Position numbers and translations under genes: made by a program
Shown here: positions 51,088-60,227 of the stretch, one piece after another
Position numbering within the stretch: the stretch's first letter is position 1
Layout of the letters: each line of letters opens with the position of its first letter
Notes under the pieces: generated by a model
Database searches by the model: none
What the model was told of the DNA's origin: nothing
Seen by the model: the letters and a program-made list of their open reading frames with translations, nothing else
From: Solirubrobacterales bacterium
Lineage (GTDB): Bacteria > Actinomycetota > Thermoleophilia > Solirubrobacterales > 70-9
NCBI GenBank assembly: GCA_036403715.1
Contig: DASWQL010000005.1
Location: 2,295-66,294 of the forward strand
DNA length: 64,000 bases
Direction: 5' to 3'

Positions 51088-52113
51088 CTACTTGTACGCG
51101 ATGGCCGCGCTCGCCGGTCCCGCGAGCGGCACGACTTCTATCTCCCTGAACCCCACCTCTTCGCACCACCCGGCAAAGTCGCCGCCGGTGAAGTCGAAGG
51201 CGTCGCCGAACTCGATCAGCATGTTGAGCGACATCAGCAGCCCGAAGGCGTTCTCGCGTCGGGCGTCGTCGATGAGGTTCTCCACCACGATGTAGGCCCC
51301 GCCGTCTGGCAGGGCGTCGTACACGTTCCTGATCAAGTGCATCTTGCGGTCGAGGTTCCAGTCGTGGAGGATCATTCCCATCGTGATCACGTCGGCCTCG
51401 GGTAGGGGGTCGCTGAAGAAGTCACCGGCGGTTGCCGTCACCCGATCGCCCAGGCCGGCGGCCTCGATCGTCCGCCTGGCGATCGGCTCGACGACCGGCA
51501 GGTCGAAGCTGGTGCAGCGCATGTGGGGAACGCGGTCGGCGACGGTGATCGACAGCTGACCGGTTGCGCCGCCCACGTCGCAGAGGGTCTCGTACTTCGA
51601 GAAGTCGAACTTCTGCGCCAGCGCGTTGAACGGGCCCTGGGAGATTCCGGCCATCGCGTTCATGAACTGCTCGAGCCTCGCCGGGTCGCTGTACAGCCCC
51701 TCGAACATCGAGGTGCCGGTGCGCTTGATCTCGTTCTGGGGCTCCCCGCTCTGCAGAGCCTCGGTGAGATCGGCCCAGAACGGATACAGCCGTGCATTTG
51801 CCATCTCGAGGATCCCGCCGATGTAGGCGGGGCTCGCCTTGTCGAGAAAGACGGCGGTCGCGTCCGTGTTGCGGTAGGCGGCACCGCTCCCCTCGCCGTC
51901 GCGATCGAGCAGGCCGAGGGCGACGAGCGCGTCGGGGAAGTCCGGGATCGCGCGAGCATGCAGACCCAGCGCCTCGCCCAACTGCGGACCGGTCATCGAC
52001 TCGCGCCCCAGCTTGGTGAACAGCTCCAGCTCGACCGCCGACAGCAGGGTCTTCGAGCCCCAGAACCCCATACCGACCTGCATGATCTGTGAAGGATCGA
52101 CCTGCTCCGACAT
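51088..52113 (-). CDS. Class I SAM-dependent O-methyltransferase with an N-terminal dimerisation domain
   Basis: The N-terminus GFWGSKTLLSAVELELFTKL is a wHTH dimerisation domain. It also has the SAM motif LCDVGGATGQLS and HILHDW-like MILHDW. Confidence 0.8.
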   Translation of the reverse strand: MSEQVDPSQIMQVGMGFWGSKTLLSAVELELFTKLGRESMTGPQLGEALGLHARAIPDFPDALVALGLLDRDGEGSGAAYRNTDATAVFLDKASPAYIGGILEMANARLYPFWADLTEALQSGEPQNEIKRTGTSMFEGLYSDPARLEQFMNAMAGISQGPFNALAQKFDFSKYETLCDVGGATGQLSITVADRVPHMRCTSFDLPVVEPIARRTIEAAGLGDRVTATAGDFFSDPLPEADVITMGMILHDWNLDRKMHLIRNVYDALPDGGAYIVVENLIDDARRENAFGLLMSLNMLIEFGDAFDFTGGDFAGWCEEVGFREIEVVPLAGPASAAIAYK

Positions 52114-52246
52114 TCTCGCCGCCCCCGTCCCTTGTTGGCCCTGCGTCGACCGACACTAGCCGAGAGGGGGCGCGGCAACCACTTGTCGCGCCCACGGCGC
52201 GGCCTATTTGCGGATGCAGACCCCGAACATCGAGGAGGGCAACTTG

Positions 52247-52495
52247 TCAGCTCCGGCGTTTCCGCCGGCGCAGAGCTCGCGCCAACCGCAAGGGGAAGAG
52301 AGCGACAAGCGGGGCGCGCTTGCCGAGGTCCTCTCGATCCTCGCGGTCGAACGCGCGCGCATAACGGGCCGCGTCGTCCTCGGAGGCATAGCGTTTCGAG
52401 CCCCCGGCGCCGCAGCCCCGCTGACATTCCCAGCGCATCGTCTCCCCTTCACTCCGGAAGCGGAATCGATGGCCGATCAGACGGCAGCGAACCAC
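52247..52495 (-). CDS. Small Cys/His-containing conserved hypothetical protein (82 aa)
   Basis: MVRCRLIGHRFRFRSEGETMRWECQRGCG...DDAARYARAFDRED has C-x4-H...C-x3-C spacing. It is antisense to a non-coding-looking stretch of a longer + ORF. Confidence 0.45.
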   Translation of the reverse strand: MVRCRLIGHRFRFRSEGETMRWECQRGCGAGGSKRYASEDDAARYARAFDREDREDLGKRAPLVALFPLRLARALRRRKRRS

Positions 52496-52527
52496 GCCTG
52501 CCGAGCCTACCCGACCGCCCGCCTGGC

Positions 52528-54423
52528 ATGAGCGACGCGGCCGCGCAGCAGCTGCGGACGATTCGGACCGACATCCCGGCCCGGCTGGACCGGCTGCCGT
52601 GGTCGAGGTTCCACTGGAGGATCGTCTTCGGCCTCGGCACCGTGTGGATCCTCGACGGGCTCGAGGTCACCATCGTCGGCGCCGTGGCGTCGCGGCTGAC
52701 CGAAGCCGGCAGCGGCATCAACATCAGCTCGGCCGACATCGGGACGGCCGCGGCGCTGTACGTGGCCGGGGCCTGCGTGGGCGCCCTGTTGTTCGGCCAG
52801 CTCACCGACCGCTACGGGCGCAAGAAACTCTTCATGGTCACGCTCGGCATCTACATCCTCGCCACCGTGGCGACCGCCTTCGCCTTCTCCGCCTGGTACC
52901 TCTTCCTCGCCAGGTTCGTGACCGGGATGGGGATCGGCGGCGAGTACTCGGCGATCAACTCGGCGATCGACGAGCTGATCCCCGCTCGCAACCGCGGTCA
53001 GGTCGACCTGACGATCAACGGCAGCTACTGGGTCGGGGCCGCGCTCGGCAGCGTCGCCGCGCTCCTCCTCCTCGACACCAGCATCTTCGCCCCCGACGTC
53101 GGCTGGCGCCTCGCCTTCGGGCTGGGCGCGATCCTCGGCCTCGGCATCCTGCTCGTGCGCCGGAACGTCCCCGAGAGCCCCCGCTGGCTGTTCATCCACG
53201 GTCACGAGGAGCAGGCCGAGCGCATCGTCGACCAGATCGAAGCCGAGGTGAAAGCGGAGACCGGCAAAGAGCTTCCCGAGCCCGAAGGGAGCATCGTCGT
53301 CCGTCAGCGCGAGGCGATCCCTTTCCGCGAGATCGGCAGGGTCGCCCTCCAGCGCTACCGCACGCGGGCGCTGCTCGGCTTGGCGCTGTTCATCGGGCAG
53401 GCGTTCATCTACAACGCGGTCACCTTCGACCTGGGAACGATCCTCCACGACTTCTTCGCCGTCAGCTCGAGCTCGGTGCCGATCTTCTTCATCGTCTTCG
53501 CCTTCGGCAACTTCCTCGGCCCGCTGCTGCTCGGACGCCTCTTCGACACGGTCGGGCGCAAACCGATGATCGCCGGAACCTACCTCGGCTCGGCGGCCCT
53601 GGTCGCGCTGCTCGCGATCCTCTTCCTCACCGACTCGCTGACCAAGATCTCCTTCATCGCCCTGGTTTGCCTCGCCTTCTTCTTCGCCTCGGCCGGAGCC
53701 AGCTCTGCCTATCTGACGGTCAGCGAGATCTTCCCGATGGAGACGAGGGCCCTCGCCATCGCCCTGTTCTTCGCGGTCGGCACCGCGGTCGGCGGCATCA
53801 CCGGACCGGCCCTCTTCGGCCAGTTCATCGACAGCGGAAACGCCAATCTGGTCGCTATCGGTTTCCTGATCGGCGCCGGCGCGATGGCACTCGGAGGCAT
53901 CGCTGAGCTGCTGTTCGGCGTTCAAGCCGAGCGACAGTCGCTGGAGGCGATCGCCAAGCCGTTGACCGCCGAGGAGGCGGAGGAGGCATGGGAGCGCGAG
54001 CGCGCGGGCCTGCCCCCGCCCGAGCGTCCGCCGGAGACGCCGACCGACAGGCGGATCCGCATGCGCCGTGAGGCCGACCAAGCCCGCGAAGGGGAAGGCC
54101 TGCGGCGTTTCCGCCCGGGGCCGGCGCCTTCGTTCTACTCGCCGGGCATGTTCGGGACGGCCGGCACCGCCGGCCGTGACGCGGCAGCCGCAGAACGCGA
54201 CCTCGACGCCGAGATCGAGGCGATCGCGCGCGCGCTCAGCGAGCGCGGCGCGATCGATCGCGCCGCGCTCGCCGAGCTGGTCGGCGGGCCCGGCTGGGGC
54301 CCTGGTCGCTTCCGCGACGCCCTCGCCGCCTCGCTGCGCGAGGGCCGGGCCAGGCAGCTGTCGGGGGGAACCTACGGCCCGCCGGGAGCCTCAGCGAGTG
54401 ATCGCTCACCGACGGCGGAATAG
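52528..54423 (+). CDS. MFS transporter (sugar-porter-like) with a long C-terminal cytoplasmic tail
   Basis: ATG 52528 within track ORF 52132..54423. Contains RLDRLPWSRFHW, LTDRYGRKKLFMV and 12 TM, followed by a roughly 170-aa charged tail. Confidence 0.8.
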   Translation: MSDAAAQQLRTIRTDIPARLDRLPWSRFHWRIVFGLGTVWILDGLEVTIVGAVASRLTEAGSGINISSADIGTAAALYVAGACVGALLFGQLTDRYGRKKLFMVTLGIYILATVATAFAFSAWYLFLARFVTGMGIGGEYSAINSAIDELIPARNRGQVDLTINGSYWVGAALGSVAALLLLDTSIFAPDVGWRLAFGLGAILGLGILLVRRNVPESPRWLFIHGHEEQAERIVDQIEAEVKAETGKELPEPEGSIVVRQREAIPFREIGRVALQRYRTRALLGLALFIGQAFIYNAVTFDLGTILHDFFAVSSSSVPIFFIVFAFGNFLGPLLLGRLFDTVGRKPMIAGTYLGSAALVALLAILFLTDSLTKISFIALVCLAFFFASAGASSAYLTVSEIFPMETRALAIALFFAVGTAVGGITGPALFGQFIDSGNANLVAIGFLIGAGAMALGGIAELLFGVQAERQSLEAIAKPLTAEEAEEAWERERAGLPPPERPPETPTDRRIRMRREADQAREGEGLRRFRPGPAPSFYSPGMFGTAGTAGRDAAAAERDLDAEIEAIARALSERGAIDRAALAELVGGPGWGPGRFRDALAASLREGRARQLSGGTYGPPGASASDRSPTAE

Positions 54424-54508
54424 GGATTCGAGATCCAACGCATCCGACGCGGCGCGAGCTCGGCGCCGGCGCCAGGTCGAACTCGTACAGCAGTTCAGCC
54501 GGCGGGCG

Positions 54509-55330
54509 GTGAAGCGAGCGCGAATCGAGTCGCTCCTGCTGCTTGCGGCGCTGATCGGAGTGCTCGTCGTCTACAACTTCCGCGACGCGTTGTTCGGCCC
54601 GGAGTGGGACACCCTCGTGCGGACCGTCACCGCGGTCGCGCTGGTCGCCCTTGGCTGGCAATTCGCCCGCGCCGTCGGGCACGCTGTCGGCCCGCCGCTG
54701 TTCCGGCGCATGGACCCGGGGACCGCGGGCACGGTCGGGTTCGTCATCCGCCTCTCCACGCTGCTCGTCGCCGTCATCATCGCCCTGCGGGTTGCCGGAC
54801 TCTCGCCTCGCACCCTGGCGCTGGGTGGAGCGGTCACGGCGGTCGTCGTCGGCCTCGCCGCCCAGCAGACGATCGGCAACCTGATCGCCGGCACGGTGTT
54901 GATCAGCGCCCGCTCCTTCCGCGTCGGAGAGCGGGTGCGCTTCCAGGGCGGGGGGCTGGCCGGCGCGGTCGAAGGGGTCGTCAGCGGGCAGGGCCTGCTC
55001 TACACGACGCTGGCCAGCGGCGACGACGTGATCATGGTCCCGAACTCGATCGTCCTCAACGTCGCCGTGGTACCCCTGCGCGAGCCTGAGGCGGTCAACC
55101 TGCGGGTGCGGCTGCGACGCGGAGTGCCACCCGCCGAGGTCGAGCGACTCCTCGGCGAGTCGATCCAGACGCCGATCCGTGGCAGCGCCCAGGTCCATGT
55201 CGAAGAGCTGAGCGCCGATGAAGTGATCGCCCGCATCACCGCGACCCCGAGATATGCGGCCGACGGGGCCCAGCTGGCCGGCGAAGTGCTCGACGCGGTG
55301 GTCCCGCTCACCGCCGGGGCGAAGGCATGA
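54509..55330 (+). CDS. Small-conductance mechanosensitive channel (MscS family)
   Basis: GTG 54509. Three TM, then AAQQTIGNLIAGTVLISARSFRVGERV...VMVPNS. Confidence 0.75.
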   Translation: MKRARIESLLLLAALIGVLVVYNFRDALFGPEWDTLVRTVTAVALVALGWQFARAVGHAVGPPLFRRMDPGTAGTVGFVIRLSTLLVAVIIALRVAGLSPRTLALGGAVTAVVVGLAAQQTIGNLIAGTVLISARSFRVGERVRFQGGGLAGAVEGVVSGQGLLYTTLASGDDVIMVPNSIVLNVAVVPLREPEAVNLRVRLRRGVPPAEVERLLGESIQTPIRGSAQVHVEELSADEVIARITATPRYAADGAQLAGEVLDAVVPLTAGAKA

Positions 55331-55336
55331 GCGCGC

Positions 55337-55543
55337 TCACGAGGGCGGCGGTGGCGGGGGCGGCTGCTGGGGCACTGTCGGCCCCCGGATCACGAAATAC
55401 AGCCCGAGCAGCAGCCCGAGGCCCCCGACGATCATCAGAATCAATCCGGCGACGTGGATGTTCACCCCCGCGACGTGGGCCGTCACCGCGTACTTCAGAA
55501 TCGCCCCGACCGCGATCAGGAAAAGGCTCGTCCCTATCGTCAT
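55337..55543 (-). CDS. Small membrane protein (68 aa, 2 TM) with a poly-Pro tail
   Basis: MTIGTSLFLIAVGAILKYAV...GLILMIVGGLGLLLGLYFVI...QQPPPPPPPS. Confidence 0.5.
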   Translation of the reverse strand: MTIGTSLFLIAVGAILKYAVTAHVAGVNIHVAGLILMIVGGLGLLLGLYFVIRGPTVPQQPPPPPPPS

Positions 55544-55662
55544 GGTCTTGCTAATAGTCCGCAGTCGCGCGCGGTCAACCGTCGACGCGCGGAGCCCTGT
55601 TGACCCACCCTATGCACGCGGCTACAGTCAGCAGTGGCCCATTCCCCTCTCGAGGAGGCAAT

Positions 55663-56265
55663 ATGCCCTGGAACCTGGCCGGCTCGTATTTCGAGACCTG
55701 TTCTTGTGACGTCATCTGTCCCTGCACCGCCTCGCTTTCTCTCGGCGCGACCAGGGACCGCTGCAAGGTCGTCTTGGTCTTCAACGTCAAGAGCGGCGAG
55801 GTGGACGGCACCGACGTCAGCGGACTCACGGTCGCCGCCGTCGGCGACACGCCGAAGGTGATGAGCGACGGGAACTGGCGCCTCGGCGTCGTCATCGACG
55901 CGGCGGCGTCAGACGAGCAGGCGGAGAGGCTCGGCGGCGTCTTCTCCGGGGCGCTGGGCGGTCCGATGGAGGCGCTGGGACCGCTGATCGGCGAGAACCT
56001 GGGCGTCGAACGTCTGCCGATCGAGGTGCGCGAGGATGGCCTCAAGCACTCGGTCCGGATCGGCGAGGAGGTCGACTTCGAGATCGAGGACGTCGTGCCC
56101 TTCGGGGTGGAGACCGGCGAACCCGCGAGGATCACCGGGATCTTCCATCCCGTCGGCTCAGAGCTCACGGTCTCGCGGGCGACGCGCTCACAGATCAACG
56201 CCTTTGGAATTCAGTACGAGGCGAGGGCCGGCTTCTCGGCGTCCGAGTTCGCCTGGGCAGCCTGA
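55663..56265 (+). CDS. DUF1326-domain protein
   Basis: The ATG is preceded by GAGGAGG. MPWNLAGSYFETCSCDVICPCT is the hallmark N-terminus of DUF1326. Confidence 0.7.
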   Translation: MPWNLAGSYFETCSCDVICPCTASLSLGATRDRCKVVLVFNVKSGEVDGTDVSGLTVAAVGDTPKVMSDGNWRLGVVIDAAASDEQAERLGGVFSGALGGPMEALGPLIGENLGVERLPIEVREDGLKHSVRIGEEVDFEIEDVVPFGVETGEPARITGIFHPVGSELTVSRATRSQINAFGIQYEARAGFSASEFAWAA

Positions 56266-56304
56266 GGACGGCTCCCGATCTCGGCGGTCGATTCTGCCCG
56301 GGGC

Positions 56305-57147
56305 ATGGAATCGGCGGCCGGCCCACGCCGCTTCCCGCCGCTTCCGGGCCTGATCCAGCTCGGTCTCATCGGCCTGCTCGTGGTCCTCGCCGCGGCGGCA
56401 TGGGCGCTCGCCAACGAGCAGATGGCGGGAATGGACGCCGGGCCGGGCACCGACCCCGGAGCGCTCGGGTTCTTCGTCGGCGTCTGGGTGCTGATGATGG
56501 CGGCGATGATGTTCCCCTCGATCGCCCCGATGGTCTTGATGCACGTGCGAATCCAGGAGGGCCGGCGGGAGCAGGGCCGAGCGGGGACGACCGGCGCGAC
56601 CGCCTTCTTCGTCGCCGGCTACCTGATCGCCTGGGCGGCGGGGGGCCTGGTGGGCTACGGGATCTACCGGCTCGGCAAGGAGGCGACGGGCAACGTGTTC
56701 TCGTGGGAGGGGGCGGGCCCGTACCTGGCCGGAGGCATCCTCCTCGCGGCGGCGGTCTACCAACTCACTCCACTGAAGGACGTCTGCCTGCGTCACTGCC
56801 GCAGCCCGTTGATGTTCCTGATGTCGCACTGGCGACCGGGCAGACTGGGCAGCCTGCGGATGGGCGTCGTCCATGGCGGCTGGTGCATCGGCTGTTGCTG
56901 GGCTCTGATGGCCGCGCTGTTCGCGCTCGGCGTGATGAGCCTCGGGTGGATGGCCCTGATCGCGGCCCTGATCGCGGGCGAGAAGCTGCTGCCATGGAAG
57001 CGGTTCGCGAATCGCGGGATCGCGGTGCTGCTGCTGGTTCTCGGCCTGGCCGTGGCAGTTGCGCCGGCGAGTGTTCCCGGACTCACCCTGCCGGGATCGG
57101 CGAAGGCGATGCACGGCATGCCGCTACAGCAGTCCCGTGACGAGTAG
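56305..57147 (+). CDS. DUF2182-domain integral membrane (putative metal-binding) protein
   Basis: FFVGVWVLMMAAMMFPSIAPMV and C..HCRSPL...GVVHGGWCIGCCWALM motifs. It is the classic partner of DUF1326. Confidence 0.7.
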   Translation: MESAAGPRRFPPLPGLIQLGLIGLLVVLAAAAWALANEQMAGMDAGPGTDPGALGFFVGVWVLMMAAMMFPSIAPMVLMHVRIQEGRREQGRAGTTGATAFFVAGYLIAWAAGGLVGYGIYRLGKEATGNVFSWEGAGPYLAGGILLAAAVYQLTPLKDVCLRHCRSPLMFLMSHWRPGRLGSLRMGVVHGGWCIGCCWALMAALFALGVMSLGWMALIAALIAGEKLLPWKRFANRGIAVLLLVLGLAVAVAPASVPGLTLPGSAKAMHGMPLQQSRDE

Positions 57148-57198
57148 CGAAGCGCGAGGGGAGATAGGTCGAATCGAGGCCCGTCATCCGACGAGCAC

Positions 57199-58755
57199 CT
57201 ACCGAAGCGGCTCGGCCGGGGATGGGCGGCCGAGGTGGAAACCCTGGCCGTAGTCGACGCCGAATTCCTTCACGATCTCGACCGACTCGGCATCGTCCAC
57301 CCCCTCGGCAATCGTCTGGCAGTCGAAGTCCTCGGCCAACCCGACGATCGCCTTGACCAGATATTGGTTGGCCGGATTGGACTCGAGGTCGTGGACGAAG
57401 TCGGTGTCGATCTTGAGGAAAGCGATCGGCATCTTCTTGAGGTAGGTGAAGCTGCCGAAACCGGTCCCGAAATCGTCGAGTGCCACCTCGCACCCGGTCT
57501 CGGTCAGGCCGCGGACGAATGCCTCTCCTTCGGTCAGGTTGTCGACCAACGTGGTCTCGGTGATCTCGAAGACGAGGTTGGACGGGTCCGCACCGTTTTC
57601 TCGAAGTTCCTTCTCGATCAGCGCCAGGAAGTCGGCGCTGCGCAGCGACCTCGCCGAGAGATTGACGTTGATCCTGCGGCCCGGCGCCGCCCGCCGCGCC
57701 GCCGCGGCCACGACTCGTTCGTCGATCTCGGCGATCAGCCCGTACCGCTCGGCGATCGGCAGGAAGCTCCCGGGCAGGATCACCTCGCCGCTGCGGCTGA
57801 CCATCCGCAGCAACAGCTCCTCCCGCTCGGGGCCGCCGGTCAGCGGCACGATCGGCTGTGAGTAGAGGACGAGCCGATTCTCGTCGAGGGCCTCTCGAAT
57901 CCGCCCGATCCAGGTCAGGGTGTCGAGTTCGCGGCGCACCCGCTTCTGCTCGGTCCGTTCCTGTGTCGTGTCGCGAAAGACGACGACGACGCCCGGCTCG
58001 GTGGCGCCGAGGTGCAGCGGCGCCGCCGAGTAGGCGACTTCGAGGATCCTCCCGTCCTTCGCGGTGAACGCGTCGTCGCCCATGCGCAGGGTCCGGCCTT
58101 CGCGAGGGACTCGCAGCAACGGGCATTCCTCGGCGGGATAGGGCGAGCCGTCGGCGTGCTGGAAATGGATCGCCTCGTGGGCGAGCTGCCCGTGCAACTC
58201 CTCTTCGCTCCAGCCGAGCATCCGTTCGGCCGCCGAGTTCATGTAGCTCAGGCGCCCCTCGCCGTCCATCGCATAGAGGCCCTCGGCCATCGTGTCCATC
58301 ACCACGTCACGGAATTCCTCGACGATCCGCCGGTCGCTGATGTCGTGAAAAAGGCCGAGGATGTGCCTGGACGGCGCCCCTTCGCGTTCGAACAGGGTCG
58401 GGGCAGCGCGGAGGTGCCGCAAGGAGCTGTCCGGGCGGACGATCCGGAACTCGAGCGCCCGCAGATCGCCCTCCGTCAGCGCCCGGCCTACCTCCCGTTC
58501 GACGTAACCGCGGTCGTCGTAGTGGACTCGCTCGAAGAGGGACTCGACGGTCGGGGTGAACGATTGCGGCTCGAACCCGAAGAGGCGGAAGACGTTGTCC
58601 GACCAGGCCATCTCCCGGCTGTCGCGGTCGAGGTCCCAACTGCCGAACTCGGCGATCTGCTCTGCCCGCTCCAGCACGATCGCCTCCCGGTCCGGCTCGG
58701 CCTCTATGGGCTTGGCGACTTCACGCTCAATGTCAGGATGATCGCTCATGCGCAC
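57199..58755 (-). CDS. PAS-PAS-EAL cyclic-di-GMP phosphodiesterase
   Basis: Two PAS modules are followed by an EAL domain (YSQPIV...EELLLRM, NVNLSARSL, EITET, DDFGTGFGSFTYLKKMPIAFLKID). Confidence 0.8.
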   Translation of the reverse strand: MRMSDHPDIEREVAKPIEAEPDREAIVLERAEQIAEFGSWDLDRDSREMAWSDNVFRLFGFEPQSFTPTVESLFERVHYDDRGYVEREVGRALTEGDLRALEFRIVRPDSSLRHLRAAPTLFEREGAPSRHILGLFHDISDRRIVEEFRDVVMDTMAEGLYAMDGEGRLSYMNSAAERMLGWSEEELHGQLAHEAIHFQHADGSPYPAEECPLLRVPREGRTLRMGDDAFTAKDGRILEVAYSAAPLHLGATEPGVVVVFRDTTQERTEQKRVRRELDTLTWIGRIREALDENRLVLYSQPIVPLTGGPEREELLLRMVSRSGEVILPGSFLPIAERYGLIAEIDERVVAAAARRAAPGRRINVNLSARSLRSADFLALIEKELRENGADPSNLVFEITETTLVDNLTEGEAFVRGLTETGCEVALDDFGTGFGSFTYLKKMPIAFLKIDTDFVHDLESNPANQYLVKAIVGLAEDFDCQTIAEGVDDAESVEIVKEFGVDYGQGFHLGRPSPAEPLR

Positions 58756-58840
58756 CTCGACGCTTGGGGTTACGAGTGTCCTCCTTTTGCGCGGGCAGAA
58801 AGCGGGTAAATGACCTAATTCGAGGCGTTAAGGAGGAGAC

Positions 58841-59695
58841 GTGACCCGGTGCCTTGTCTGGCTTGGCGTGATGGTTGCGATCTGGGCGATCGCCGCGCCG
58901 GCCGCGCTTGCGAACCCACTCGGCGCGGTCGAAGAAACGGCCGGATCCGTCGTCGAATCGACGACGCCGGCCGAAGTGACCTCGCCGTCGCCGCCGGTTG
59001 TCGACCTTCCCCCGGCGCCCCAGGTTTCACCTGCTCCGACGCCGACCGTCTCCCCACCCCAGACCTCTTCAGGCGGAGCGGCGGCGGCGGACGATGGCGT
59101 GGGCCAGGCCTCGAACTCTGCAGCCGAACTGCCGAGTCAGCCTGGAATGAGCGATGTGGCAACACCATCTGCGCCCGACCCGGCCTCGGGGCCGCCCCGA
59201 GCTTCCGCGGGCGGGCTCGGTGGCGTGACGCCCGACGCCCGCCCCGGCGCCTGGCCGCCTGTCCACCCCGGCACTTCTTCGCCCTCCCCGCAGAGAGACC
59301 GACGTGCGTTCGACGTCAGATCGCCCATCCCCCGGTGGCTCGCGTACGTGTGGCCGGCGATCGCCCTGGGGCCGGGTCGAGCCATTATCGGGACGCTGGC
59401 TCTCTTCGTCGGACCTGGCGCCGGGAGTCCGCTCGGGATCTCGGCACCGTTGGCACTCCTCGGGCTGAGAGATGCCCTGCGGGCGCAGGGCGCTGCCCTG
59501 GCCCCGGCGGAAGCCGTTGCTGCAGCCGATACGAAGAAGCCGCTCAAGAAGAAGCCGCTCAACGCGCCCTTCAACGACTTCGGACCCGGCGCGCTGAAGA
59601 TGCTGCTGTTCATTGCGACGCTCCTGCTTCTCTCCTACTTCGTCATCCGCTCCGAGGGCGGGGGCGCAGGGGGCAAGCAGCATCCCCGGGGGTGA
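58841..59695 (+). CDS. Secreted Pro/Ser/Ala-rich protein with C-terminal TM segments
   Basis: GTG start, signal peptide LVWLGVMVAIWAIAAPAALA, a proline-rich linker and C-terminal hydrophobic helices. Confidence 0.5.
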   Translation: MTRCLVWLGVMVAIWAIAAPAALANPLGAVEETAGSVVESTTPAEVTSPSPPVVDLPPAPQVSPAPTPTVSPPQTSSGGAAAADDGVGQASNSAAELPSQPGMSDVATPSAPDPASGPPRASAGGLGGVTPDARPGAWPPVHPGTSSPSPQRDRRAFDVRSPIPRWLAYVWPAIALGPGRAIIGTLALFVGPGAGSPLGISAPLALLGLRDALRAQGAALAPAEAVAAADTKKPLKKKPLNAPFNDFGPGALKMLLFIATLLLLSYFVIRSEGGGAGGKQHPRG

Positions 59696-59772
59696 CGTCG
59701 GACGCCCGGCCGCGGTTGCCGTTGTACGACCTGCGGTCGCCTGATACAAAAGAGGTGCATGGTGGGGGAACG

Positions 59773-60153
59773 ATGAGGAGCTGGGACCTGAAGAGCGTCG
59801 AGGCGGAGCCGCATCGGCCGCAGATCCTCGCCTCGGCCGACGACGCCCGGACCGTCCTGCTGCAGCTTCCGTCGGGGGAGTCCCTGCAGGAGCACGAGGT
59901 GCACGAGCGGGCGCGGATCGTCGTCGTCGAGGGCGACGTCGAGGTGACCACCCCCGCTGGGGACTTCCAGTCGGCCTCCGCCGGCCACCTCTTCGAGTTC
60001 GAACCGGGCGAGCGTCACACGATCGCCGCCCGATCCGACGCCCGCCTGCTGCTGATCCTCAGCCCCTGGCCGGGAGACGGCCACCCCGGAGCGATGACGC
60101 TCGACGAGAAGTCAGAAGCGCGCGAGCGCGCCGCTCAACACCAATCGGATTGA
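59773..60153 (+). CDS. Cupin-domain protein (126 aa)
   Basis: ATG 59773 within a longer spurious ORF. LQLPSGESLQEHEVHERARIVVVEGDVEV......GHLFEFEPGERHTIAA fits the cupin motifs. Confidence 0.65.
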   Translation: MRSWDLKSVEAEPHRPQILASADDARTVLLQLPSGESLQEHEVHERARIVVVEGDVEVTTPAGDFQSASAGHLFEFEPGERHTIAARSDARLLLILSPWPGDGHPGAMTLDEKSEARERAAQHQSD

Positions 60154-60156
60154 TTC

Positions 60157-60174
60157 GGCCTCCGGCCGGAGGCC
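60157..60174. terminator. Perfect 18-nt palindrome GGCCTCCGGCCGGAGGCC after the cupin gene
   Basis: It starts 4 nt after the stop codon. No U-tract is present. Confidence 0.4.
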
Positions 60175-60227
60175 GGAAGGATCTGAAAGTTTGACCGAGC
60201 GGCGGCCGGGGCAGAGTGGGGACGTCC

